Shown here piece by piece: positions 8,573-20,017 of a stretch of 64,000 nt of DNA. The notes below the pieces were generated by a model. The model saw only the letters and a program-made list of their open reading frames with translations, was not told the DNA's origin and ran no database searches. The position numbers and the translations under genes are program-made. Source of the stretch: a bacterium (GTDB lineage: Bacteria; SAR324; XYD2-FULL-50-16; G965216635); NCBI GenBank assembly GCA_965216635.1, contig OZ244188.1, positions 1,952,001 to 2,016,000 of the forward strand, in the 5' to 3' direction. The stretch's first letter is position 1; each line of letters begins with the position of its first letter.

Positions 8573-11137
8573 TTAGAAAAGTTCTATGAACGACTTTAAA
8601 GTTTTACTGCTAAACTGCTCTTTGTTTTTTTGCTGAAATTCAGCAGGACTAGAAAGCAACAAATCTTTGTTTTTTTGCAAAAAACTTCTATCCACTACCT
8701 GATTGCCATAAGCTTCTACAAGACGCACAAGCTCTACTTCTTTGCTTTTTGATGTCGTTGGATTTTTGAATTGTAAAATTAACGTCTTAATAAATGATAA
8801 ATTTTTGAGTTTAAAGTCTTTTGCAAAGACTGGTAATATATCGGATCGTTCAACTAAAACAAAGTCCTTCGGATGTAGCTGTTCGGCTTTATAGACAATG
8901 TACGCTAAAATAAGATCTTGAATTTTTTTGTTATTTAAACCCTGTTTTTTACTCATTGCATAAAGCACGAGTGAACGTGATAAAATGTCATCAAATCTAC
9001 CATCGCAATGCTCGTAATAATTGATACTTACGGGAATCTTTTTTGTAATTTTGGCAACCTCTTTTATACTTATATAACCTAAAACAGATTCGTTGACTGC
9101 CTTATAGATATAGGCTGGAATCTCTTTTTGGTATTGCTTGATGCCTAGATTAGCTCCAAATTTCTCAAAGAAATACTTACGACCCAATATTTTATATCTC
9201 TCTCTTTCTCCTAACCCTTTGAAAGCAATCGATTCTAGCTGTTCTAGATTAAAAAATTCTTGAATTATATTTGCTGTGTTCTTGCCAATATGAATTTCTC
9301 TAGCAGCACCATTGGCTTCTAGCCTAGCAGCATAAATTAAAGCTCCCCCTTGTCCTGTATAATCAGAACCCGTCAATCCTCCCATCATTACCATTCTTAA
9401 TTGGTCAATATCATCATCGGTATCTAGTAAAGATGTATTAATACCTGTTCTTGTTTCAAATTTGATATTATTTACTTCTTCTTTTTTTTCTCCAAGATTT
9501 TTTAATTTTTTTACAATATCTGCCTCATATTTTTGGACATATTCTGCGAGTTCTTTACTCATAGATATAAGCAGTTTGTTGATCTCTAGCGCTGCAGCAA
9601 CAGCGTCAAAAGCATGATGTTTGCTGGTGACAAAGGCATCTTTGGTTACTCCAAAACAGGCTACAGTTTGATCCCCTATTGTCTTATCTCTAAAACCTCT
9701 ATACATAGCCAAAATTTTATGACTCTCTTGGTAGTATTGATTGATAAAATTTCCTACAAATTTTTCGGAAAGCAGTATATTCATACGAGTATACCCGCAT
9801 ATATCATTGATAAACTCTGTCGCACTTATTAGCCCTAATTCGTGTTTTCCAGTAGATATTAATTGAGATACACCGGGGTTTAGCAAATCTAAAGTTTGTT
9901 CTAATTGATCGTTTTTGGTTACTAGCTCTGCTGTTCTTTGAGAGACTTTGTCTTCTAGTTGGGTATAGCTTTCTTTTAAATCTCCTGCCATACGGTTAAA
10001 AGCTATAGATAGTTCTCCTATTTCGTCTTTATTTTTTATTTCTATTTTGTGGTTATAATCGCCACTAGCAAGGACTTTTGTGCCGTAGTGTAATTCGTGA
10101 ATGGGGAGAAGAATATTATTAGATAAAATGCGTCGTATTTTTAAAGCAAGCCATAAACCTCCAAGACCTATGCCAAAAAAAGCTAGAAACCCATAGATAA
10201 ATGTTAATTGAAAATCTCGCGCAGAAGCACTAACACCTAATGCGCCAATCGTATCACCTTGAACGTTTTTCAGAGGTTGGTATCCTAAAATGGATCCTTT
10301 TAGAATGTTAGCCCTACTATACCTGTTTCCTTGATTCAAAGTATCCTTGATTTCTGCAGATAAGATAGTCTCTGTAGTTTCAGAACTACTAATAGCTAAA
10401 TTATTTTTTTGGTAGATAGATACTGGTTCTCCTACTTTTTCAGATAATTCTTGAATAAAACCTGAATAAGTATCCAAAACTTTAGTAATTACTAGAACTC
10501 CTACAACTTTTCTTGTTTTATGGTTGTAAATAGGAGCGGAAGCTCTAATACTAATAGCATTTTTCTTCCTGATATTTCCTCTTTGAATATCTTCTTGCTC
10601 TATCACAATTCCTTCGCGGGCTAAAAAAGATAAAGCCATTACTTCTGTTCCCGAGATTTTTCCTTTTCCTTCTATAATTGAAGAAAAATAAACATTTTTT
10701 TCTAATTGATCTTTATAAGTTAAAAAATCTGGTTTGTGGACTCTAGCAATTATGTGAGAATTTTTGTTCAAAATGTGAAGCATATCAAATTCCAAAAAAG
10801 AAAAATATAGCTTCTCCAAAACTTTTAATAAGGCTCTCTCGGTTTGATTTATAGATAATAGCAATCCTAGTTCTTGATCATTAGCAAAGCTGGAAACATT
10901 TTGTTCGTACTCAAGAACTTCGTTTTGGTAAAGAATACGAACTAGATTTAAATCAGAATCATTTTTATTGTTAGCATCTTGTTGGATTTTATTGCCGAAG
11001 AATAGTAATGCATAAACAACAGAAGTAAATAGCGGTATAGACAAAGCTGCAATTAAAGCAATATTGAGCTTTTTTTTTATACTTGCATTTCTGTAAGCGT
11101 CAAAAATAGTTTCAAGAAATGTGATTTTTATTCGCAT
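8573..11137 (-). CDS. Membrane-bound class III adenylate cyclase-like protein: Cache-HAMP-S-helix-cyclase-degenerate HD-GYP (copy A)
   Basis: TM, periplasmic Cache-like domain, TM, HAMP (KDEIGELS.AFNRM), then DICGYT, DKTIGD, RTGIN and AARLE cyclase motifs. Confidence 0.8.
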   Translation of the reverse strand: MRIKITFLETIFDAYRNASIKKKLNIALIAALSIPLFTSVVYALLFFGNKIQQDANNKNDSDLNLVRILYQNEVLEYEQNVSSFANDQELGLLLSINQTERALLKVLEKLYFSFLEFDMLHILNKNSHIIARVHKPDFLTYKDQLEKNVYFSSIIEGKGKISGTEVMALSFLAREGIVIEQEDIQRGNIRKKNAISIRASAPIYNHKTRKVVGVLVITKVLDTYSGFIQELSEKVGEPVSIYQKNNLAISSSETTETILSAEIKDTLNQGNRYSRANILKGSILGYQPLKNVQGDTIGALGVSASARDFQLTFIYGFLAFFGIGLGGLWLALKIRRILSNNILLPIHELHYGTKVLASGDYNHKIEIKNKDEIGELSIAFNRMAGDLKESYTQLEDKVSQRTAELVTKNDQLEQTLDLLNPGVSQLISTGKHELGLISATEFINDICGYTRMNILLSEKFVGNFINQYYQESHKILAMYRGFRDKTIGDQTVACFGVTKDAFVTSKHHAFDAVAAALEINKLLISMSKELAEYVQKYEADIVKKLKNLGEKKEEVNNIKFETRTGINTSLLDTDDDIDQLRMVMMGGLTGSDYTGQGGALIYAARLEANGAAREIHIGKNTANIIQEFFNLEQLESIAFKGLGERERYKILGRKYFFEKFGANLGIKQYQKEIPAYIYKAVNESVLGYISIKEVAKITKKIPVSINYYEHCDGRFDDILSRSLVLYAMSKKQGLNNKKIQDLILAYIVYKAEQLHPKDFVLVERSDILPVFAKDFKLKNLSFIKTLILQFKNPTTSKSKEVELVRLVEAYGNQVVDRSFLQKNKDLLLSSPAEFQQKNKEQFSSKTLKSFIELF

Positions 11138-11172
11138 GTTTTTATAACCAAAAAAAAAGTAACTAGACTTTA

Positions 11173-11459
11173 TAGACCTTTGAATTTACCAAATAGAACA
11201 AAACTAGCTGTGACGACTAGCCAAATAGTTAGAACAGGTACAAAAAAAAATTTTAGCTCGCAGAAATACTTAAGAGCATTTCTTCACAAATGGCAAGAGT
11301 TAAAAATTTTTTTTAATGCCGTAGTAAAAAATACTACAAACCTTAACATTCAGCAAGAATGAACTGTGAAACAGCCCTTTGGCTGTTTCACAAATGCCCA
11401 TAAAAAGCGTCAAGCAATAAGCTTGTTTTGGCTAAACAGAACACTAATTCAAAGGTCTC
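11173..11459. mobile_element. Modular MITE-like palindromic element (E1)
   Basis: TAGACCTTTGAATTT ... AATTCAAAGGTCTC termini; interior similar to 40449..40734. Confidence 0.75.
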
Positions 11460-11465
11460 ATAATA

Positions 11466-14027
11466 TTAAAAAAGCGAAACAAGATTTTCTATGTACTTTT
11501 CGTTAAACTGCTCTTTGTTTTTTTGCTGAAATTCAGCAGGACCAGAAAGCAACAAATTTTTGTTTTTTTGTAGAAAAGTTCTATCCATTAACTGATTGCC
11601 GTAAGCCTCTACAAGATACACAAGTTCTATTTCAGTGTTTTTGAATGTTACTTGACTGTTGAATTGCTCTATAAGTTTTTTAGTAGGTTCTAAATCATTG
11701 AAATTAAAGTCTTCTGCAAAAACAGACAATAAATTTCTGCGTTCAGTAAAAACAAAGTCCTTCTGTTGCAACCTATCTGCTTTATGAACAATGTAGGCTA
11801 AAACAAGATTTTGGATTTGCCCTTCGTTCAGTCCAAGTTTTTTGCTTATCGCATAAAGCACTATGGCGCGTGATAAAATGTCATCGCATTTACCATTACA
11901 ATGCTCGTAGTAATTGATATTTACAGGAATTTTATCCTTAATTCTGGAAACCTCTTTAATGTTTATATAACCTAAAACAGATTCGTTGACTGCCTTATAG
12001 ATATAGGATGGAATCTCTTTTTGGTATTGCTTGATGCCTAGATTAGCTCCAAATTTCTCAAAGAAATATTTTTTATTCACTATTTTATATCTCTCTTTTT
12101 CTCCTAAACCTTTAAGATAAATCGAGTCTAATTGCTCTACATTAAAAAATCCTTGAATAATATCTGCTGTATTTTTACCAACATGAATTTCTCTAGCAGA
12201 GCCACTGGCTTCTAGCCTAGCAGCATAAATTAAAGCTCCCCCCTGCCCTGTATAATCAGAACCTGTCAATCCTCCCATCATTACCATTCTTAATTGGTTA
12301 ATATCATAATCGGTATCTAATAAAGATGTATTGATTCCTGTTCTAGTTTCAAAACTAATATTTTCTATTTCTTCTTCTCTACCTCCTAAACTTTTCAATT
12401 TTTTTAAAACATCTCCCTTGTTATTTTGAACATATCTTGTAAGGTCTTCGCTCATAGTCACAAGCAATTTGTTGATCTCTAGTGCTGAATAGACGGCATC
12501 AAATGCGTGATGCTCGCTAGCAGAAAAAGCATCCTTGGTTACTCCAAAACAGGCTACGGTTTGATCCCCTACTGTCTTATCTCTAAAACCCCTATACATA
12601 GCCAAAATTTTATGACTTTCTTGGTAGTATTGATTGATAAAATTTCCTACAAATTCTTCGGAAAGCAGTATATTCATACGAGTATACCCGCATATATCAT
12701 TGATAAACTCTGTCGCACTTATTAGCCCTAATTCGTGTTTTCCAGTAGATATTAATTGAGATACACCGGGGTTTAGCAAATCTAAAGTTTGTTCTAATTG
12801 ATCGTTTTTGGTTACTAGCTCTGCTGTTCTTTGAGCTACTTTGTCTTCCAATTGATGATTGTATTCTTCCAGCTTTGTATAGCTTTCTTTTAAATCTCCT
12901 GCCATACGGTTAAAAGCTGTAGATAATTCTCCTATTTCGTCTTTATTTTTCACTTCTATTTTGTAGTTATAATCGCCACTAGCAAGGACTTTTGTGCCGC
13001 GGTGTAATTCGTGAATGGGAAGCAGGATATTATTAGCTAAAACACGTCGTATTCTTAAAGCAAGCCAAAAACCCCCAATACCTATACCAAGAAAAGCCAG
13101 AAACCCATAGATAAATGTTAATTGAAAATCTCGCGCAGAAGCACTAACACCTAAGGCACCAATCGCTTCACCTTGTGCGTTTTTCAGAGGTTGAAATCCT
13201 AAAATAGATCCTTGCAAAATATTGGACTGGTTGTATCTATTGCCTTGAGAAATGGTATTTTCAATACTAGCTTTCAAAGAATTTTCTGCCTTTTTAGAAC
13301 TACTAATAGCTAAGATATTTCCTTGATAAACGGAGATAGTCTCTCCTACCTGTTCTGATAATTCTTGTACAAATTCGGGGTAATTATTGAGAATTTTGCT
13401 AATAATTAAAACGCCAACCACTTCGTTGGTAATTCGGTTGTAAAGCGGAGCTGATGCTCTAATACTAATGTTGTAATTGTCCTCAATAGCAAAACCTTCA
13501 TTTTCTAAAAAAGTTTTTTTAAATATTTCTGTTCCTGATACTATATTTTCTTCCAAAGCCGAAGTGATATAGACATTTTCTTCTAAAACATCTCCTAAAA
13601 ACAAGGGTCTATGAATCCTACTAACAACTCTAGAGTGACTATCTAAAATGTGAACCATATCATAATCTACATTCGCCAACTTATCTGTCAAATCTGCGGT
13701 GATTTGATTGGTTAGATTTAAAGATAAGAGCAAACCCAGTGCTTTATCGTTAGAAAAATTAGTAACAATTTGCTCGTATTCAAAAACTTTATTTTTATAA
13801 AGTAACTGAGCAAGACTCAAATCGGAATTATTTTTATTACTAGCCTCTTCCTGAATTTTATTGCCGAAAAAAATCACTGCATACACAAAAGAAATCACTA
13901 ATGGGATGAGCAGTGCGGTAATTAAAGCAATATTGAGCTTCTTTCTAATATTGGCATCTTTGTAACGGTTAGAAATAGTAATGAGCAATCCCGTTGACTT
14001 TTTGGGGATTTTTATTTGATTCTCCAT
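11466..14027 (-). CDS. Membrane-bound class III adenylate cyclase-like protein (copy B, tandem paralog)
   Basis: Same architecture and motifs as 8573..11137; central region nearly identical at DNA level. Confidence 0.8.
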   Translation of the reverse strand: MENQIKIPKKSTGLLITISNRYKDANIRKKLNIALITALLIPLVISFVYAVIFFGNKIQEEASNKNNSDLSLAQLLYKNKVFEYEQIVTNFSNDKALGLLLSLNLTNQITADLTDKLANVDYDMVHILDSHSRVVSRIHRPLFLGDVLEENVYITSALEENIVSGTEIFKKTFLENEGFAIEDNYNISIRASAPLYNRITNEVVGVLIISKILNNYPEFVQELSEQVGETISVYQGNILAISSSKKAENSLKASIENTISQGNRYNQSNILQGSILGFQPLKNAQGEAIGALGVSASARDFQLTFIYGFLAFLGIGIGGFWLALRIRRVLANNILLPIHELHRGTKVLASGDYNYKIEVKNKDEIGELSTAFNRMAGDLKESYTKLEEYNHQLEDKVAQRTAELVTKNDQLEQTLDLLNPGVSQLISTGKHELGLISATEFINDICGYTRMNILLSEEFVGNFINQYYQESHKILAMYRGFRDKTVGDQTVACFGVTKDAFSASEHHAFDAVYSALEINKLLVTMSEDLTRYVQNNKGDVLKKLKSLGGREEEIENISFETRTGINTSLLDTDYDINQLRMVMMGGLTGSDYTGQGGALIYAARLEASGSAREIHVGKNTADIIQGFFNVEQLDSIYLKGLGEKERYKIVNKKYFFEKFGANLGIKQYQKEIPSYIYKAVNESVLGYINIKEVSRIKDKIPVNINYYEHCNGKCDDILSRAIVLYAISKKLGLNEGQIQNLVLAYIVHKADRLQQKDFVFTERRNLLSVFAEDFNFNDLEPTKKLIEQFNSQVTFKNTEIELVYLVEAYGNQLMDRTFLQKNKNLLLSGPAEFQQKNKEQFNEKYIENLVSLF

Positions 14028-14045
14028 GATTTTTTATAGTTAAAG

Positions 14046-14214
14046 TAGACCTTTGAATTTGCCAAATAGGACAAAACTAGCTGTAACAGCTAACCAAATG
14101 GTTAGAACAGGTGCAAAAATTTGTAAAACAGCGAAGCATACACGTTAGTATGTGGGCATTTTTTACAAATTTTCAACGCTGCATAGGCTAACAGAATTCA
14201 AATTCAAAAGTTTA
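14046..14214. mobile_element. Modular MITE-like element (E2), overlapping the 3' end of oadG
   Basis: TAGACCTTTGAATTTG ... AATTCAAAAGTTTA; internal stem aaaatttgtaaaa/ttttacaaatttt; flanks taaag/ttaag. Confidence 0.75.
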
Positions 14215-14447
14215 TTAAGTTTAGAGTTACGACGAAAAAAATGTATAGCAGTTGAAATAGCAGCTACAGGTAAAGCACGACTAGTGTTTTTTCTAGGTAT
14301 AGCCTGATCTTTCTGCATCTTTTCTTCTAAAAGAGCATGTCTTTTAAAAATACTTGAAAATACTTTAATCACTACCCACATTAAAACTAGAAACAAAAAA
14401 ACAAAAAACATACCCAAAAGCATCAATTTTAACCCGCTTATTATCAT
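14163..14447 (-). CDS. oadG: OadG-family Na+-translocating decarboxylase gamma subunit (last ~17 codons read into E2)
   Basis: GLKLMLLGMFFVFLFLVL N-terminal TM and VAAISTAIH C-terminal motif. Confidence 0.8.
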   Translation of the reverse strand: MIISGLKLMLLGMFFVFLFLVLMWVVIKVFSSIFKRHALLEEKMQKDQAIPRKNTSRALPVAAISTAIHFFRRNSKLNKLLNLNSVSLCSVENL

Positions 14448-14522
14448 AATTCGTACTTTTTAAGAACATTCTAGCAATTTTTTAAAAAAAGTAAAGTTTT
14501 TTTTTCAATATTTACGCTAATA

Positions 14523-15104
14523 TTAATACCAATTTTCTAAAATTTCAATCACTATATGAATAATTTTAATATGCATTTCTTGGATTCTAGCGCTTTCTGT
14601 TGACGGAATAATAATACAATTGTCGCTCAAATTTTTTAATTTCCCTCCGTCTCTACCCAATAAGCAAAATGTTTCCATTTTTTTCTTTTTGGCTACTTGA
14701 ACCGCTTGAATGATATTTTCGGAATTTCCAGAAGTGGAAAGTCCTAACAGGATATCTCCTTTCTGTCCTAATCCTTCAATATACCTAGAAAAAATATATT
14801 CAAATCCGTAGTCATTGCCTACACAAGTTATATGAGAAGCATCTGAAATGCTTAAAGCCGGCAGCGGGTTTCTTTTTTTTTTAAACCGCCCTGTTAATTC
14901 TTCCGCGAAATGCATTGCATCGCACATACTACCCCCATTGCCACAAGAAATAACTTTTCCACCTTTTTTTATAGTTTTATGAATTTTTTCTGCAAAAAGC
15001 TCTACTTTAGAAAGATTGCTTTTATTTTCTAAAAAATTGTCTACAATAGATTGAGTTTGGCGAAATAAAGCATTGATTTCTTCGCTATTCTTTTTTTTAG
15101 GCAT
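14523..15104 (-). CDS. gmhA: Phosphoheptose isomerase
   Basis: CGNGGSMCDAMHFAEEL, NDYG, STSGNS, RIQEMH. Confidence 0.96.
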   Translation of the reverse strand: MPKKKNSEEINALFRQTQSIVDNFLENKSNLSKVELFAEKIHKTIKKGGKVISCGNGGSMCDAMHFAEELTGRFKKKRNPLPALSISDASHITCVGNDYGFEYIFSRYIEGLGQKGDILLGLSTSGNSENIIQAVQVAKKKKMETFCLLGRDGGKLKNLSDNCIIIPSTESARIQEMHIKIIHIVIEILENWY

Positions 15105-15178
15105 AGTAACTTGGATAGAGACCTTTGGATTTACTAAGGTCTATTGGATATATTTGCCAATCTAATTTATTCTACTAA

Positions 15179-16165
<987 letters not shown>

Positions 16166-16317
16166 TTTCTTCTTTGAAGTATATTGTAGAACTTTGAATT
16201 TCGCTGATGCTTACCACACTATTGGGGCTAGCCAAATGGTTAGAAAAAATGATTTTTCTGTATATAATATAAAAAATAAGCAGAAAAAATAATAAACTGC
16301 AAAAAAACTTGCCAAGC

Positions 16318-16345
16318 TTGACAAAAAGATTTTTCTGTATATAAT
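16318..16345 (+). promoter_or_regulatory. Candidate sigma70 promoter upstream of beta-barrel paralog 1
   Basis: TTGACA-16 nt-TATAAT; the AT-rich background lowers its significance. Confidence 0.45.
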
Positions 16346-16472
16346 TATAAAAAATAAGCAGAAAAAATAAAAAACTGCCAATAGCCAAAAAAATATATTG
16401 ACAAAATTGTTTTTTTCTGCAATCCTTTATGAAGTTTTGTTATTTAACCTAAATTTAATTATTTACACTATT

Positions 16473-17918
16473 ATGAAAAACACAAATTCCCAAGTTTTAA
16501 AGAAAACTTTCGCTTTTTCGCTGGTCCGTTTTACTCTGGCTCGTTTTACTCTGGTTCGTTTCGTTTTGGCGGCTATTCTTGTTCCCGCCCTTCTTATAGG
16601 GAGTGCCTTTACTTTTGGAGGCAGCAAGCTGCAAGCCCAAGCGAATGGTAGTAGCAAGCAGGGATTTTTCGCTGGTTTTGTCTATCTAAGTGGTTTTAAA
16701 GTGGATACCACAACACTTGTCACCACAAATAGCACAACCTATACTGACGCTATTACTACAGGCTATAGAATTACTGGCTCTTCAGACGCAACTTCTATAG
16801 TCGTAACCGGTGGGAATCCTTATTGGGATGGAGGTACTCCAGCAGCACCAATAGTAGGACCAACAGCAACTGGACTCAGAGCTTTAGTAAAAGCAAATTG
16901 TGAAAATCCTAGGACAACAAGTGTTGATTCAACTGGAAATTATTATTTTGGTAGAGCATTCTTCGATTCCTTCGATTCTGGTGCAAAACCATCTACAACT
17001 GATATTAATAATCCTTTGAATGATGCTACTGTAACTTTCGGAGACTCTACTATTCCTAGTAAAAACTTTCGTACAGGATTGGACGCTGGAGAAATATCCC
17101 ATTGTTTTCGCTACTTTTTCGGAGATGATTCCGACGATAGGAACTCTATTACTCTTTCTGCTTATGAGATAGCGACTCCAGATTCAATTCCAACTCCAAC
17201 TTCTGTACCTGCGGATCCAACAGCAATCACTAGTAGCAAGAGCGATAAAATCTCAGGTATTGGTCTGCAATTCGGCTTTAGGTGGGAAAAATGGAGAGCC
17301 TCTCTGACCCATTTTACTGGCTCTGGGGGAGATAACGAGCTCGCCAATACGCTAGTTATGGCGGATTATTTTGTCAACAAGGGTCTTTTTGTAGGAGGCG
17401 GTCTAGCGAGTATGAAGCTTACCAATAGTTTAACCAGCGGCTCTGCCACAAGCCCAGCGGTCCGAATCGGCTATAAGCAGAAATTAACCCCCAACCTATC
17501 GCTTAATTTTGGCTTGACGAAGTATATCTCGGGGGTTTCTCTAAAAAGTAGTGTCACTACTACTAATAATACTACTACTGCTAATGCTAATACCATTGTG
17601 TTACGCTCTTTTGAAGAAACACAGACTTCTGAACCAGGAGATTCAGCAACAATTGGTGCAAGAAATGTGAGAATACCCGGCACTACTTGTTGCACAGCAG
17701 GTGGTGAACACAGACAAAATAATTCTGCTTTTGAATACTTATCTTCGAATCAAGATAACAGAATACAAGCAACCCAAGTCCGTAGCAGAACTGTATATAT
17801 AAACAAAATCCAGATTCCAGCAGGAGCCTCAGAAACTCAGACAACCACAACCACCGAAACCGCTGCCGAACTCAAAGCACCACTCGTCATCAGCATCTCC
17901 TTCCACTTGAGTTTTTAA
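16473..17918 (+). CDS. Variable outer-membrane beta-barrel protein, paralog 1
   Basis: Start set at MKNTNSQ by alignment of 5 paralogs; long signal peptide ending LQA-Q; 8 amphipathic strands; C-terminal Phe (ISFHLSF). Confidence 0.8.
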   Translation: MKNTNSQVLKKTFAFSLVRFTLARFTLVRFVLAAILVPALLIGSAFTFGGSKLQAQANGSSKQGFFAGFVYLSGFKVDTTTLVTTNSTTYTDAITTGYRITGSSDATSIVVTGGNPYWDGGTPAAPIVGPTATGLRALVKANCENPRTTSVDSTGNYYFGRAFFDSFDSGAKPSTTDINNPLNDATVTFGDSTIPSKNFRTGLDAGEISHCFRYFFGDDSDDRNSITLSAYEIATPDSIPTPTSVPADPTAITSSKSDKISGIGLQFGFRWEKWRASLTHFTGSGGDNELANTLVMADYFVNKGLFVGGGLASMKLTNSLTSGSATSPAVRIGYKQKLTPNLSLNFGLTKYISGVSLKSSVTTTNNTTTANANTIVLRSFEETQTSEPGDSATIGARNVRIPGTTCCTAGGEHRQNNSAFEYLSSNQDNRIQATQVRSRTVYINKIQIPAGASETQTTTTTETAAELKAPLVISISFHLSF

Positions 17919-17945
17919 GAAAAAAAAACTGCAGGAAACATTTTT

Positions 17946-18124
17946 GTAGAGACGCCCTACAGGACGTCTTATACGATGTGCATAAACCACAAAAAGCTGT
18001 TTTTAATAAATCTAAATTTATGAGACGCCCATATAGGACGTCTTATACGATGTGCATAAACCACAAAAAGCTGTTTTTAATAAACGTTCTAAATTTATGA
18101 AACGCCCATATAGGACGTCTCTAC
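17946..18124. repeat. GTAG-type REP-like hairpin array (3 hairpins)
   Basis: GTAGAGACGCCCTACAGGACGTCT ... GACGTCTCTAC with recurring linkers. Confidence 0.85.
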
Positions 18125-18319
18125 AGACCTACATAAAATAAAAAACACCTCCCCGCAACGCATTTGTTTTTTTTATTTGCTTTTAAAGTGTTTTTTTGTA
18201 ATTATTTTATAAAAATAAGCAGAAAAAATAAAAAGATGCCATTTGCCAATAGAATATTGACAAAATTGTTTTTTTATGTTAATTTTTATTTTAATACTAA
18301 TCTTTCATTACAAATAATT

Positions 18320-19747
18320 ATGAAAAACACAAATTCCCAAGTTTTAAGGAAAACTTTCGCTGTTCGTTTTATTTTGGCTCGTTCCGTTTTGGCAGCTATT
18401 CTTATTCCCGCTCTTCTTATAGGAAGTGCCTTTACTTTTGGAGGCAGCAAGCTGCAAGCCCAAGAGGTTCAAAGCATCCCGAATGGTAGTAGCAAGCTGG
18501 GATTTTTCGCTGGTTTTGTCTATCTGAATGGTTTTAAGGTAGATACCACAAAAACTGTCACGACGACAAATAGCACAACCTATACTGACGCTACTACTAT
18601 AATCTACCGTGTCACTTATGGAACGACAAGTTCTAGCATAGACGCGATCGGTGGGAATACTGCGTCGGATCCTAATACATTAAAATCGATCAGAAAGTTA
18701 GTAGAAGCAAACTGTAAAACAGGTGAAACATCTGTTGATTCAACTGGAGACTATTTTTTTGATGGTGTTTCCGGTGTTTTTAGTTCCTTTACTATTGGTG
18801 AAAAACCGGAATTAAATGAGATTGAGCCCTCTGGAGATGCTACTGTAACTTTATCAACTTCTGCTGCACCCTTTTATACAGGATCTACTGGAGAAACATC
18901 CCATTGTTTTAGCTACTTTTCCCAAAAGACTAAAGATTTTAATTCTTCTACTTATGAGGTAACTCCAGATTCAATTCCAACTCAAACTTCTGTACCTGAT
19001 GCCCCAACAGCAATCACTAGTAGCAAGAGCGATCAACTTTCTGGTATCGGTCTGCAATTCGGCGTTAGGTGGGAAAAATGGAGAGCCTCCTTGACTCACT
19101 TTACTGGTAAGGGGGGAGATAACAAGCTCGCCAATACGCTAGTTATGGCGGATTATTTTTTAAACGAGGATTTTTTTGTAGGAGGCGGTCTAGCGAGTAT
19201 GAAGCTTACCAATAGTTTAACCAGCGGCTCTGCCACAAGCCCAGCGCTTAGAGTCGGCTATAAGCGAAACTTGACCTCCAACCTATCGCTTAATTTTGGC
19301 TTGACGAAGTATATCTCGGGGGTTTCTCTAAATCATACAGCTACGGATACGGTTGTGACTCCTGCTCCTGCTCCTGCTCCTGACCTTGTTCCCATTGACG
19401 AAGTCAAAACACAGACTGCAAGTGCTTCAGCAACAATTGGTGCAAAATCTGTGAGAATACCCGGCACTTATATAACCTCCGCTGGAAACACAAAAGGTAA
19501 TACCGCCGAGTTTGTATACATAGATCAGCGTATTATAATCACACCTACTGGAATTACGATATGCTCTACTTGTACGCATAGAGATACCAGAGTAGAAGCA
19601 ACCCAAGCCCTCAGCAGAACTGTATATATAGATAAAATCCAGATTCCAGCAGGAGCTACAGAAACTCAGAAAACCACAACCACAAAAACCGCTGCCGAAC
19701 TCAAAGCACCACTCGTAATCAGCATCTCCTTCCACTTGAGTTTTTAA
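18320..19747 (+). CDS. Variable outer-membrane beta-barrel protein, paralog 2
   Basis: Same constant blocks as paralog 1; start at MKNTNSQ. Confidence 0.8.
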   Translation: MKNTNSQVLRKTFAVRFILARSVLAAILIPALLIGSAFTFGGSKLQAQEVQSIPNGSSKLGFFAGFVYLNGFKVDTTKTVTTTNSTTYTDATTIIYRVTYGTTSSSIDAIGGNTASDPNTLKSIRKLVEANCKTGETSVDSTGDYFFDGVSGVFSSFTIGEKPELNEIEPSGDATVTLSTSAAPFYTGSTGETSHCFSYFSQKTKDFNSSTYEVTPDSIPTQTSVPDAPTAITSSKSDQLSGIGLQFGVRWEKWRASLTHFTGKGGDNKLANTLVMADYFLNEDFFVGGGLASMKLTNSLTSGSATSPALRVGYKRNLTSNLSLNFGLTKYISGVSLNHTATDTVVTPAPAPAPDLVPIDEVKTQTASASATIGAKSVRIPGTYITSAGNTKGNTAEFVYIDQRIIITPTGITICSTCTHRDTRVEATQALSRTVYIDKIQIPAGATETQKTTTTKTAAELKAPLVISISFHLSF

Positions 19748-19785
19748 GAAAAAGATAAACTGCAGGGAATTTTATAGCATAACAT

Positions 19786-19890
19786 GTAGAGACGCCCTAC
19801 AGGGCGTCTTATACGATGTGCATAAACCACAAAAAGCTGTTTTTAATAAACGTTCTAAATTTATGAGACGCCCATATAGGACGTCTCTAC
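19786..19890. repeat. REPIN-like doublet of inverted REP-like hairpins (105 bp)
   Basis: GTAGAGACGCCCTACAGGGCGTCT ... GAGACGCCCATATAGGACGTCTCTAC. Confidence 0.85.
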
Positions 19891-20017
19891 AGACCTACAT
19901 AAAATAAAAAATGCCTCCCCACCAAAAAACAAAAAAGTAGAATTACAGGACCACATTTTTATCTTATCTGCATAGAATAAAAAATCTCAATTTAAAAATC
20001 TCAATTTAAAAATCTCA

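Noticed and set aside
11180..11362. Short ORFs inside repeats (also 16122..16388, 42802..43023, 45651..45857, 55191..55496)
   Set aside because: They translate MITE, REP or AT-rich leader DNA or overlap real genes; no independent coding signal.
16398..18319. Longer TTG-started N-termini for barrel paralogs 1, 2 and 4
   Set aside because: All five paralogs align from MKN(T/I)NSQ; the extensions are unconserved leader sequence.
17919..19920. Integron cassette array (gene + attC)
   Set aside because: No integrase, hairpins lack RYYYAAC/GTTRRRY ends, and the genes have long own leaders and are all paralogs.
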